A stretch of 62,266 nt of DNA, taken from NCBI GenBank assembly GCA_022565615.1, contig JAIUMM010000005.1, positions 1-62,266 on the forward strand. Direction: 5' to 3'. The DNA comes from Nanobdellota archaeon (GTDB lineage Archaea > Nanobdellota > Nanobdellia > Woesearchaeales > UBA583). Below the pieces are notes generated by a model. It was given only the letters and a program-made list of their open reading frames with translations, did no database searches and was not told the DNA's origin. The translations under genes and the position numbers were made by a program. Of this stretch, positions 28,403-37,644 are shown one piece after another. Every line of letters begins with the position of its first letter. The first letter of the stretch is position 1.

Positions 28403-28966
28403 TTAATTTTCTTCTAATGCTAGAAGTCTTTCATACTCTTCTTCTACTAAATTAGCCATTTGAATTCCAGTTGAACTTGCATCTCCAAAACCAATTAAGT
28501 AATTATCTCCAACTACAGTAATAGGAGTTCCAATTCTCTCATTAGCTAAACCTGTTGTTGTTTCAATTGCTTCTTGTAGAGCTTCTTGACCAGCTGGTGT
28601 TCTAATATTGTGAATTACGATTTGTAAATAGGGGTATGTAGCTAAAATATTTGGATTAAATTCACTTTGTCTAATACAATGAGGACACGTTGGGTCGTGA
28701 AATTGATGCATTACTACAACTGGTCCTTCATAGCCTGCAGCAGGTCCTAAACCTGTACTTTCTCCTTCTCCTTGATTTAATACTAGAACTAATATCACAA
28801 GTAGTATTACTGCTGCAATAATGATTGGAATATTATTTTTTAGTATTTTAACTAAACCTCCTGATTTTTTAAGTTCATCTCTTCTTTCTTTTTTAGATTT
28901 AACTTCATTTTCATGATTATTTACATGAGTTGAAGAATCTTTTTTTTTAATCTTAGATTTAACCAT
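28403..28966 (-). CDS. Membrane-anchored thioredoxin/glutaredoxin-fold protein
   Basis: Single TM helix, CPHC redox motif, GTPITVVGD cis-Pro loop. Confidence 0.75.
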   Translation of the reverse strand: MVKSKIKKKDSSTHVNNHENEVKSKKERRDELKKSGGLVKILKNNIPIIIAAVILLVILVLVLNQGEGESTGLGPAAGYEGPVVVMHQFHDPTCPHCIRQSEFNPNILATYPYLQIVIHNIRTPAGQEALQEAIETTTGLANERIGTPITVVGDNYLIGFGDASSTGIQMANLVEEEYERLLALEEN

Positions 28967-29002
28967 CTTGATATTTATTTAATATTTTCTACATTTAAAA
29001 AA

Positions 29003-29632
29003 CTATTGTATGTATTTGTGAAGTGAATCTTTAAGTACAATGTGATGTTTTAGACATCTGCAAGAATATCCTTCTTTTTCATCACCTATTAAAATTATTG
29101 GTGAATTGTAATGAGCGGGTTTTGAATTAATTTCTCTTTGTGTTCGAGTTGCTTTTCTATTACAACCTTCAAATTCACAAATTCCACTAAGTTTAGTGAT
29201 ATAATTTGCTCTACTTAGTAAATCTCCCATTGGTCCAAATGTTTCTCCTCTAAAATCTAAATCTAATCCTGCACAAATTATATACACTTCTTTTTTTAAT
29301 AACTCATCGATTTGAGAAATTATTTTCAAATCAAAAAATTGACATTCATCAATAATTACAACATCATGAAAGTTATTTTTAAAAAATTCATTACTCAATT
29401 CAGGATTCTTAGCATTAAGTAATTTAAATTCTACACCACTTAGATTTAAATTTGAACGGGTATCAATTTTTCTAGTGTCAATATCAGGTTTTATTGCTAA
29501 AATTGAAATATTTGTCATATAACTTAGAGTGTCTAATATTCTCATAATTTCTCTACTTTTACCTGATTTCATAGGTCCACAAATTACATGAAGTTCTCCA
29601 GGTAATATGTGAGAGTGTTGATGTGAATTCAT
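29003..29632 (-). CDS. tdk: Thymidine kinase
   Basis: GPMKSGKS, IDECQFF, GLDLDFRGETFG, Cys zinc ligands. Confidence 0.95.
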   Translation of the reverse strand: MNSHQHSHILPGELHVICGPMKSGKSREIMRILDTLSYMTNISILAIKPDIDTRKIDTRSNLNLSGVEFKLLNAKNPELSNEFFKNNFHDVVIIDECQFFDLKIISQIDELLKKEVYIICAGLDLDFRGETFGPMGDLLSRANYITKLSGICEFEGCNRKATRTQREINSKPAHYNSPIILIGDEKEGYSCRCLKHHIVLKDSLHKYIQ

Positions 29633-29819
29633 TATATGTAATATTATATCTTAGTATTTAAAAATTATTTGTTTAAAAAATTGCAATTAAAAAAAGATGT
29701 TTAAGTAAATAGTTGACTATTTAGCAAAATAATATAATAAACACAAAGCTTTTTAAAGTGTTTAAAATTAATCTTAATTGATAGCATTTTAACTATTATT
29801 AGTATTGATTTAATAATTT

Positions 29820-29902
29820 GCCAAGATCGCATAACTCGGTATTGCGCTTGACTTGAAATCAAGTTCCACATGGAATTCTGGGTTCAAATCCCAGTCTTGG
29901 CG
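29820..29902 (+). tRNA. tRNA-Ser(TGA)
   Basis: Acceptor stem GCCAAGA/TCTTGGC, anticodon arm CTTGA-CT-TGA-AA-TCAAG, long variable arm, GGTTCAAATCC, discriminator G, CCA not encoded. Confidence 0.95.
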
Positions 29903-30019
29903 TTTTTCGTTTCACTCAAAACTTAATTCTGAAATTTTCACCATTATGTGGTCACTCATTCTTCGTTCTCACATCCGAAAATCAAAGATTTTCTAGGACT
30001 TCAAATCCCTGTCTTGGCG
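29903..30019 (+). repeat. 117-bp tRNA-Ser-associated unit, copy B
   Basis: Colinear with 5832..5948; 30000-30021 repeats 29883-29904 (tRNA 3' end plus 2 flanking nt) at 21/22. Confidence 0.9.
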
Positions 30020-30109
30020 TTATATATTTTTCATCTTAGATTTTCTGCGTTACATTTTTATGATTTGAACGAAGTTCCTTTGGTGCAAAAAATTTTTAAT
30101 TTTTCAGCA

Positions 30110-30166
30110 CAAATCCTAAGTATTGGCGTTTTTTGTTTCACTCAAAACTTAATTCTGAAATTCTCA
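30110..30166 (+). repeat. Partial third copy: tRNA 3' end plus the start of the 117-bp unit
   Basis: CAAATCCTAAGTATTGGCGTTTTTTGTTTCACTCAAAACTTAATTCTGAAATTCTCA closely matches 29885-29940. Confidence 0.85.
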
Positions 30167-30207
30167 TATTCTAAACATTTATATAATTCAATATTTTAAA
30201 TTTTAAT

Positions 30208-31314
30208 ATGAATAAGATAATTTTAGTAATAACAATTTTAATGAGTTTGATTATTAGTGGATGTTCTTCTCAAGAATTTATTGAAAGTGAACAAGAAAGG
30301 GTTTTAATAACTAATCTTGAAAGTCCTTGGGGAATGGCATTTGTTAATGAAGAGATGGGTGAGATACTTATTACACAAAGAAGAGGTCAATTAAAGTTAT
30401 TTAATATAGAAACTCAAGAACTCAAAGAGATTTTAGGAACTCCTCAGGTTGTAAGTTCTGGTCAAGGAGGGTTATTGGATGTTGATTATGATAACGGATT
30501 TGTATATCTAGCGTATTCTTCTAGTTCAAGTGAGAGTCAAGGTGTTGCAACACATGTTGGAAGAGGAGAGTTAAATTTAGAAGAATTTAGAATTGAAAAT
30601 TTTGAAGTACTTAGAACTATTGAACCATTTCAAAGAGGAGGATCACATTTTGGTTCAAGAGTGTTAGTTGTTGACGAATATATTTTTGTAACTACTGGGG
30701 ATAGAGGTTCAAAAGATTTTAGTGAGATTCATCCTTCTCAAAATACAAGTAATGAAATTGGAACTATATTGAGATTGTATAAAAATGGTTCAATTCCTCC
30801 TTATAATCCTTATGTTAATGCTGGAGGATTTATTGATTCAATTTATACATATGGACATAGAAACGTTCAGGGAATTGTGAATTTCAATGGAGAAATTTTT
30901 GTAAGTGAACATGGTGAGCAAGATGGAGATATGATTCACAAATTAGTTGAAGGTGGAAATTATGGTTGGCCTCTTGTTCATTATGGTTGTACATATGCTA
31001 TTGGAAGAGAAATTGGAGGATTTGCACATGAAAGGGATGATATAGGAAATCCTCTTCATCATTGGGAGTGTGGAAGTGGAGGTTTTCCACCAGCTGGAAT
31101 GGATGTATTTAATGATAAATTATATGTTGGAAATTTAAGAGGACAATATGTAGGAGAATTTGAATTTTTAAGAGATAATGAGAGCACAATTATTGGACTT
31201 GAAGAAGTAGGTAAATATGTTAAAGGGGAACGTATTAGAGATATTATGAAATTTGAAGGAGGAATTTATGTAATAACAGATAGTGGAAAACTAGTTCAAA
31301 TAAATTTGAGTTAA
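30208..31314 (+). CDS. PQQ-dependent sugar dehydrogenase (glucose/sorbosone, YliI-like), lipoprotein-type signal
   Basis: LESPWGMAF, GQGGLLDV, HFGSRV, TTGDRG, YGHRNVQG, EHG, GGNYGWP; IISGC lipobox. Confidence 0.9.
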   Translation: MNKIILVITILMSLIISGCSSQEFIESEQERVLITNLESPWGMAFVNEEMGEILITQRRGQLKLFNIETQELKEILGTPQVVSSGQGGLLDVDYDNGFVYLAYSSSSSESQGVATHVGRGELNLEEFRIENFEVLRTIEPFQRGGSHFGSRVLVVDEYIFVTTGDRGSKDFSEIHPSQNTSNEIGTILRLYKNGSIPPYNPYVNAGGFIDSIYTYGHRNVQGIVNFNGEIFVSEHGEQDGDMIHKLVEGGNYGWPLVHYGCTYAIGREIGGFAHERDDIGNPLHHWECGSGGFPPAGMDVFNDKLYVGNLRGQYVGEFEFLRDNESTIIGLEEVGKYVKGERIRDIMKFEGGIYVITDSGKLVQINLS

Positions 31315-31360
31315 GTTTACATTTAAATTTAAATTTAAAATTAATAATTTAGAATTATAT

Positions 31361-32101
31361 TTAATAATTCATTGGAACTTCAATAATTAGTAGTTTTGAA
31401 TTCTCTTTTGCATTAAAAGAGAGTGTATCAATTGAATTTTGACATTCTAAAGAATCTCTTTTTTCAATTAAAATATTTTCAAATTCATTGCTACTTACTT
31501 CAACTTCTCCTTCAACAAGTAATACAAATACTCCATTATTAGAATCAAATTTGTTATAAGTTAGTGAGTCTTCTTTATCAATTTGCATCATTGAAATAAA
31601 AGCATTTTGATGAATCATTAAAGAATTTTCTCTTGAATCAGGTGAGATTAATAATTTTGAAGAATTATTAATGTGTTCATAATCAATTTGAGCCTCATCA
31701 TATCTTGGTTCAACATCTACTGCATTAGGTTCAATCCAAATTTGAAATAATTTTAATTGAGTAGTTTCATCCCCATTAACTTCACTATGTAAAACTCCAC
31801 TTCCTGCACTCATAACTTGAATTTGTCCAGGTTTAATTAATCCATTACCTCCAGTTGAGTCTTCATGTTTTACAATTCCTTCAAGAGGAATTGTTATAAT
31901 TTCCATATTGTCATGTGGATGCATTCCAAATCCTTGTCCGGGTTCAAAAATATCATCGTTGAGAACTTTTAATGCTCCAAAACCCATCCTTGAAGGTTCA
32001 TACCAATTTCCAAATGAAAATGAATGTCTTGTTTCTAAAATTGAAAATTTGAAATGACCTCTTTGTTCTGATTTAAATATTGTATAGTTTTTATCTTCCA
32101 T
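31361..32101 (-). CDS. Pirin family protein (YhhW-like)
   Basis: FGALKVLNDD, GFGMHPHDNMEIIT, HEDSTG, QVMSAGSGVLHSE, FQIWI. Confidence 0.95.
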   Translation of the reverse strand: MEDKNYTIFKSEQRGHFKFSILETRHSFSFGNWYEPSRMGFGALKVLNDDIFEPGQGFGMHPHDNMEIITIPLEGIVKHEDSTGGNGLIKPGQIQVMSAGSGVLHSEVNGDETTQLKLFQIWIEPNAVDVEPRYDEAQIDYEHINNSSKLLISPDSRENSLMIHQNAFISMMQIDKEDSLTYNKFDSNNGVFVLLVEGEVEVSSNEFENILIEKRDSLECQNSIDTLSFNAKENSKLLIIEVPMNY

Positions 32102-32122
32102 TTTCTTTATTTCTTTATTTAT

Positions 32123-32752
32123 TTAAAATCCAAATCCTTTTCCTTTGAGTAAATCAATTTTTTTATAACTCTCTTCAAGAGATTTTACAGTTTCTTCATC
32201 TCCTCTAAGTCCTTGTGCAAAGATCATTTCAAATGATTTTACTCCTATAAATTGAGAATATACAGTCATAATTTGCGTATTAACATCCCAACTTTTATTT
32301 CCTATTTCTTCATTATATACTCCAGAACTTGTTGAAAATACTAGTAAATTAGCATGTTGCATTTTTCCTACAAAATTTCCATCAACAACATCCCACGTTT
32401 TACCCTTTTGTAAAATTGAATCAAAAAATGTTTTCACAATTCCAGGTAATGTAAAATTATACATAGGATATGCAAGTACTATAACATCACTATTGATTAT
32501 TTTTTGAGCAAACATATCATGTTGTTTCATTTCTTCTTCCTCTTCTTCATTTAATTCAACTCCTCCATAATTTCTTTTTAGATAGGAATTAACTCCTAAT
32601 TGAGTAAAAAATGTAGGATTAATTTGTAATAAATCAATTATTTCAACTTCGTGATTTATTGTATCAATGTTTGATTTATAATGCTCTAATAATTTTAAAG
32701 TATTAGATTTTTCATATCTTGGTGTATATTGAATAATTGTAATTTTTACCAT
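32123..32752 (-). CDS. azoR: FMN-dependent NADH-azoreductase (Flavodoxin_2 family)
   Basis: TPRYEKSNT, SDVIVLAYPMYNFTLPGIVKTFFD, GKTW, STSSGVY, FAQG. Confidence 0.85.
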   Translation of the reverse strand: MVKITIIQYTPRYEKSNTLKLLEHYKSNIDTINHEVEIIDLLQINPTFFTQLGVNSYLKRNYGGVELNEEEEEEMKQHDMFAQKIINSDVIVLAYPMYNFTLPGIVKTFFDSILQKGKTWDVVDGNFVGKMQHANLLVFSTSSGVYNEEIGNKSWDVNTQIMTVYSQFIGVKSFEMIFAQGLRGDEETVKSLEESYKKIDLLKGKGFGF

Positions 32753-32788
32753 GTAAATATGATAAAGTTGATGTTGCTTATAAAAAAA

Positions 32789-32806
32789 AGTTTCAAAAAA
32801 GAAACT
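32789..32806. promoter_or_regulatory. Candidate operator of the HxlR-family regulator
   Basis: Palindrome AGTTTC-N6-GAAACT between the divergent azoR and hxlR starts. Confidence 0.5.
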
Positions 32807-32808
32807 AA

Positions 32809-33198
32809 GTGTTAATTTTAATACTTATATTTATTAATAAAAAGAGTTTTATATATGATATGCAAACCACACAGGAACTTAAGTCTAAACAAATTTATTC
32901 TTGCCAAGTTCAAGAGATGATGAAATTATTGGGAAAAAAATGGTCTCTTTTGATAATTAAGTGCATTTCAAGAAATAAAGAAATATCTTTTACTGAATTA
33001 AAAAAGGAGCTTAAAATTTCACAAAAAATATTATGGCAACGTTTAGAAGAGTTAGAGAAAGAAGATTTAATTACTAATTTTGAATGTACTCAAAAATTAA
33101 AAAAAAAAGAATTTAGATCTATTTATTCACTTACACAAAAAGGAGCTCAAATTGAGAAATTTTTAGAATTGTTTGAAGGAGTTGAAAAAAATAATTAA
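32809..33198 (+). CDS. HxlR-family winged-helix regulator; true start probably 32860
   Basis: SCQVQEMMKLLGKKWSLLII, FTELKKEL, ISQKILWQRLEELE, YSLTQKG. Confidence 0.85.
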   Translation: MLILILIFINKKSFIYDMQTTQELKSKQIYSCQVQEMMKLLGKKWSLLIIKCISRNKEISFTELKKELKISQKILWQRLEELEKEDLITNFECTQKLKKKEFRSIYSLTQKGAQIEKFLELFEGVEKNN

Positions 33199-33221
33199 AT
33201 AATTTTTCAATAGAATTGTTC

Positions 33222-33755
33222 TTATTTTTTCTTAATTTTAGTGTTTAATTTTTCTTTTTGTCTTTGAAGTTCTAAAGTGTTTAAAAGTTCTAACATTTCT
33301 CTATATTCATTTTCATCATCTTCTAAAATAAAATTGGGTTCTATTCCATATTGAGCACACATTAACATTAAATGTGAGTATACAATTTGAAGTCTTTGAA
33401 GATGTACTTCTTTTATATATTGTGAAGTTGTAAGTATTAAAATAAAGACAGTAGTTCCTGTAATTGAAACTAGTGCTGTAATGTATCCTATTAGTTCAGA
33501 AAACAATATGATATTACTTAAAAAAAATGATGCAAATGAAATATATAGACCAACATACATTGCAACAATTATTCCTTGATATCTTTTAACAGCTTTATTC
33601 CAAATTAAAGTTTTTCTTTCATAAAATAAGATTTTTTTAATATCATGTTCACTAATATTTTCTTGAGATTCAATTTCTTTTCTAAGTGTTGTAATTGCCT
33701 TCATAATTGAGGCTACAATGAGTCCAAATCTTGATATTTTAAATAATACTTTCAT
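33222..33755 (-). CDS. Hypothetical membrane protein
   Basis: Two central TM helices; 177 aa. Confidence 0.6.
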   Translation of the reverse strand: MKVLFKISRFGLIVASIMKAITTLRKEIESQENISEHDIKKILFYERKTLIWNKAVKRYQGIIVAMYVGLYISFASFFLSNIILFSELIGYITALVSITGTTVFILILTTSQYIKEVHLQRLQIVYSHLMLMCAQYGIEPNFILEDDENEYREMLELLNTLELQRQKEKLNTKIKKK

Positions 33756-33816
33756 TTTTTATATTAAGTGTGGTGTTTATTTTATGTTTGTATATATAGT
33801 TTTAAATGTAATATAT

Positions 33817-34791
33817 TTATTTCAAATTTAGATTAATTGAACTAAACATTGCAAGTAATACTTCAAGTTGTAATTCTTCATCTGAACCTTCAACAATTCT
33901 AAATTCAACAGTTCCAATTTTATCAACTAATTTGATAATTTTTTTCTCATCAATATCTAAATTTATAACTGCTGTATAAATTTCTTTTAAAATTTCAAGT
34001 GCACTAAGTCCATATACAGATTTGAGTTTAATCATCATTTCTCTTGCTTTTTTAAATTCTCCATTTAATGTATATTGAATCATCTCATCAAGTTCTTTAA
34101 TTTCAATAGCATTAGTTACTTCATTTATTGTTGTAAGAGTTAAGTTTTTATCAAGCACACTTGCTGCTTGCATAGTATTTTCTAGTTTTCTCACATCTCC
34201 TTTTGAAATATCAAGTAATCTTTGAATTGCTTCATCATTAATTGTGAGTTCCTCACTTGTTACAATTTTTTGAATTAATTGTTTTAAATCTTCATCTTTT
34301 AGTCCTTTAAATTTAAAAATTACACATCTTGATTGTATTGGGTCTATAATTTTTGAGAGTTCATTACATGCTAGAATAAATCTACATGTAGCTGAATATC
34401 TCTCCATTGTTCGTCTAAGTGCTTGTTGAGCTTCTTTTGTTAGAGAATCTGCCTCATCAAGGCAAATAATTTTATAGGGAACTTGAGCTAAGGATTGCAT
34501 TTTTGCAAATTCTTTAATTTGATTTCTAATAACATCAATTCCTCTCTCATCACTTGCATTTAGTTCTAAAAAATTACCTTGTAATTTATCTGCTCCATAT
34601 AATTCTTTTGCAACCACTAGTGCTGTTGTGGTCTTACCAGTCCCGGGTGTTCCTGCAAAGAGGAGATGAGGCATATTTTTACTCTCAACAAATGCTCTAA
34701 TTCTACTTACAAATTCTTTTTGTCCTATAATATCGTTAAATGATTGTGGTCTATATTTATCTACCCAAATTTGACTTTTACTTCTATTCAT
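33817..34791 (-). CDS. rfcS: Replication factor C small subunit
   Basis: WVDKYRP, GTPGTGKTT, ELNASDERGIDVIR, LDEADSLT, QQALRRTME, IQSRC; no intein. Confidence 0.97.
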   Translation of the reverse strand: MNRSKSQIWVDKYRPQSFNDIIGQKEFVSRIRAFVESKNMPHLLFAGTPGTGKTTTALVVAKELYGADKLQGNFLELNASDERGIDVIRNQIKEFAKMQSLAQVPYKIICLDEADSLTKEAQQALRRTMERYSATCRFILACNELSKIIDPIQSRCVIFKFKGLKDEDLKQLIQKIVTSEELTINDEAIQRLLDISKGDVRKLENTMQAASVLDKNLTLTTINEVTNAIEIKELDEMIQYTLNGEFKKAREMMIKLKSVYGLSALEILKEIYTAVINLDIDEKKIIKLVDKIGTVEFRIVEGSDEELQLEVLLAMFSSINLNLK

Positions 34792-34846
34792 AATTTAGAT
34801 GAGTGAAAAATGTTTAAATACTTTTGTCAATGAAGTTTAGTTACAA

Positions 34847-35143
34847 ATGGAAGTTAACAAACAACTTGGATTTTTAAAACAACAAACTGAAAATATTGAT
34901 TTGGAAATTTTATTACTTCTAAAAAGAAGGTTTCAAACTCAAAAAAGAATTTTTGATGCTCAATATAAAAGTAATTTAGAACCTACAACTGATGAAAATG
35001 ACTTAGATACTATGGATATGGTAATGAAAAGAGCAAGGGAGATGGAAATTTCAGAGAGTTTTATTCATGATTTGTATTCTAAAATCTTAGATCATACACA
35101 AGAGTTGAAAACTCAATTTATTGTAAGTAAAGAGAAAAAATAA
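34847..35143 (+). CDS. Chorismate mutase type II (AroQ)-like small protein
   Basis: LKQQTENIDLEILLLLKRR resembles the LRxxIDxIDxxILxLLxxR helix; C-terminal IHDLYSKIL helix. Confidence 0.5.
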   Translation: MEVNKQLGFLKQQTENIDLEILLLLKRRFQTQKRIFDAQYKSNLEPTTDENDLDTMDMVMKRAREMEISESFIHDLYSKILDHTQELKTQFIVSKEKK

Positions 35144-35197
35144 TTCATTACTACTTTTATGAGGTATGTAAATTTTTTAAAGAGTTAATTTTAAAAT

Positions 35198-36961
35198 ATG
35201 AATATGAATAAATTTTTGATGTCTTTTTTAATGGTGTTTTTATTGGTGTTGGTAGGAGGAGTAAATATTTTTGGAGATGTTTACAGAGACTGTTATTCCC
35301 AATGTACTTTAGATGGAGGAAATGCGCAATTTTGTATTGACTTGTGTGGTTCAATTCCAGGTGCTTCATCATCTCCAAATGTTGATTTAAACCCAGGTGG
35401 TCTTTTTGAAGATGTTGCTCCAGATCCTTCAGATAATGATGCAGCAGCTGCTGTAACTGCTCCACAAGGAACTGGAGATTCAGATGCTCTTGTGAATAAT
35501 CCTCAAGGAGTCCCAGTCTCAGCAACTTCTCCTCCTCAACCTAGACCTGAAAATTTAGTTAGAGTTGGGCCTACAACTCCTGAGGAAGTTACTGCTGCTG
35601 AAATAGTGGGAGATGCTCCTACTCCTGAAGAAGCTGTTAGAAGGGTTGCAGATTCTCCAGATTTACCTGCAAATTATAGAATTCAAGCACTTAGAGCATT
35701 AACTCAAGATGAGTGTGGAGAGGGTATGTTTTCTTTTTTTTGTACTTGGTTTGATAGACCTCAAGAAAGAGCAGCAGAACAATTAAGAGAGGGTTTTAGA
35801 GCTCAAACAACTGGAAATTTTTCTCTTGAAGAACATAATGAAATTCTAAGAAGAGAAGCTAGAAGCGTAATTCCAACTAATGTTCCTAATTGTGAAGATT
35901 CATTAAGTTCTCAATGTGGTCAAAGTTTAAGGAATTTTGATTGTCAAGGTGATCAAACTTGTGAACAAAGTATTGAGTTAGCTCAATTAGGAAGACAAGA
36001 AGCACTTAATCAACAAAGAATTCCAAATTCAGGTATGATTAGAGCTGCTCAAATGCTCAGAGTAAGTCCTCAAGCTTCTGCTACTTCAGGTATGATTCAA
36101 AATTTATTAGGAATTGAGTTATCATTAATTCAAGAAGGTTCAAGTATAGATCAAATTTTGAAGTATGGAACACCTGAGCAAGTTTGTTTTGCAAAAGTGG
36201 ATTCTTTTATTAGTGTAAATGGACTTCAAGTTGAAGGACAAGTTATGGAAGTTGATGATGAAACTACTGGAATGAGTTCAGTTATTAGGGCGTGTGATAA
36301 TAGAAATTTTCAAATTTGTGCTGATTTAAGAGCTGAGAGATCTGGAATTTATTTTAATAATTCGTTTACTCTTTTTGTTCATTTATATGTTAGAAATGCA
36401 GAAGATTTTCCTCAAATGGTGACAGTACAAGCAGAGTTGAAATCTGGAGGAGGAAGAGAAGAAAAAATTAATGTAGTTGAGTTAAGTGAAGATGTTCCAG
36501 GGAGTTTTATTCTTCTTCAACCAGGTCAAACATTTTCAAGAACGATTTATTTACCTGAAACTCAAGCATTTGTAGGAGAAGAAAATTTAAAAGAAATTTA
36601 TGGGAATGTGGTGATGGGTGTGTTTGAAGCATTAGGAGTTTCTGAGCAAGGGAATTCTCAAGAGCAACAACAAGCTCAAAATCATCAATTGTCTCAAGAT
36701 GAACTTGAGAGTTTAAGTGATGAAGAATTACAGCAGTTAATGACTGAAATGGAACAAAATCAAGCAACACAAACTCAAGGTTCTAATTTAGATGGAGTTA
36801 GTGGGGGAAGATTAGTGTATGCTCTAGATTATCCTATTTTAACTTTGAGGGGAACTTCTGGAAGTAATCCTTCTAAAGAAGTTGAAATGAGTGGAGCTAA
36901 TATGACTCAAGGTTCAAATCAACAATCAGTAGCTGTTGTAAGAAGAGTTTCTTTGGACTAA
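35198..36961 (+). CDS. Secreted or surface hypothetical protein, Cys-containing with a Pro/Ala/Asp-rich linker
   Basis: Signal peptide, CYSQC...FCIDLC, low-complexity acidic linker, Gln-rich segment. Confidence 0.75.
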   Translation: MNMNKFLMSFLMVFLLVLVGGVNIFGDVYRDCYSQCTLDGGNAQFCIDLCGSIPGASSSPNVDLNPGGLFEDVAPDPSDNDAAAAVTAPQGTGDSDALVNNPQGVPVSATSPPQPRPENLVRVGPTTPEEVTAAEIVGDAPTPEEAVRRVADSPDLPANYRIQALRALTQDECGEGMFSFFCTWFDRPQERAAEQLREGFRAQTTGNFSLEEHNEILRREARSVIPTNVPNCEDSLSSQCGQSLRNFDCQGDQTCEQSIELAQLGRQEALNQQRIPNSGMIRAAQMLRVSPQASATSGMIQNLLGIELSLIQEGSSIDQILKYGTPEQVCFAKVDSFISVNGLQVEGQVMEVDDETTGMSSVIRACDNRNFQICADLRAERSGIYFNNSFTLFVHLYVRNAEDFPQMVTVQAELKSGGGREEKINVVELSEDVPGSFILLQPGQTFSRTIYLPETQAFVGEENLKEIYGNVVMGVFEALGVSEQGNSQEQQQAQNHQLSQDELESLSDEELQQLMTEMEQNQATQTQGSNLDGVSGGRLVYALDYPILTLRGTSGSNPSKEVEMSGANMTQGSNQQSVAVVRRVSLD

Positions 36962-37114
36962 AAATACTGTAATTATTTTTTTCAACAATGGTGTAATTAG
37001 AGATTGGCGTAAGTCAATTTTGATTAAAGTATTTAATATTTAATTAAATATAGTTAACAATTAATTGAAATTATTGTATTTGAGAGTGAGAACAAACTTA
37101 TTTAAATATTTTTA

Positions 37115-37642
37115 TTGAAAATTTATTTGATGGCTGAATTTAGTGATACTCCTTTAATGGAAATTACTCTTAGAAGATATGAACAACCTCATGGTCTTGA
37201 TAAGAGAGGGACTCTGAGAAAAATTTGTTTATCTTTGGGTTTGTTACAACCTGGAGATAGTCGAGATGTTATTGTTGATATTTTACTTGTTTTGGAAAAT
37301 GTAAAACATTTAAAAAAAGATTTAAGTGCAGTTGATATTAAACAACAAGTTCTTCAAATTAGAACTACATATGGACTCTCAGATTTAGGAACTGCTGATT
37401 CTAATATTAGAAGACAATTAAAAAGACTCAGAGATGTGTATTTAGTTGAAAAGATAAGAAATAATTATAGGATTATAGAATTTTCTGATTTGAAAATCTT
37501 ATTTGAACAAAGAATTAAAACAATTATTTTAAATTCAATTGTTGAGAGAAATAATGAGTATTTTGAATATTATTCTCAATTTGAAGGGATTGATACTAGT
37601 AATGAATCAAAAAATATAAAAAGCGAGGAATTACAAAAATAA
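37115..37642 (+). CDS. Hypothetical protein with a probable winged-helix region; true start probably 37130
   Basis: EITLRRYE...CLSLGLLQPGDSRDVIVDIL...ADSNIRRQLKRLRDVYLVEK; TTTAAATA about 22 nt before 37130. Confidence 0.65.
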   Translation: MKIYLMAEFSDTPLMEITLRRYEQPHGLDKRGTLRKICLSLGLLQPGDSRDVIVDILLVLENVKHLKKDLSAVDIKQQVLQIRTTYGLSDLGTADSNIRRQLKRLRDVYLVEKIRNNYRIIEFSDLKILFEQRIKTIILNSIVERNNEYFEYYSQFEGIDTSNESKNIKSEELQK

Positions 37643-37644
37643 TA

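Noticed and set aside
29948-30199. 83-aa ORF in the supplied track
   Set aside because: Lies across the tRNA-associated repeats, starts at GTG and has no protein-like features; likely spurious.
36985-37097. Short matches to the tRNA-associated unit (TTGGCGT; TGAGAGTGAGAAC)
   Set aside because: Too short and not colinear with the unit; compatible with chance.
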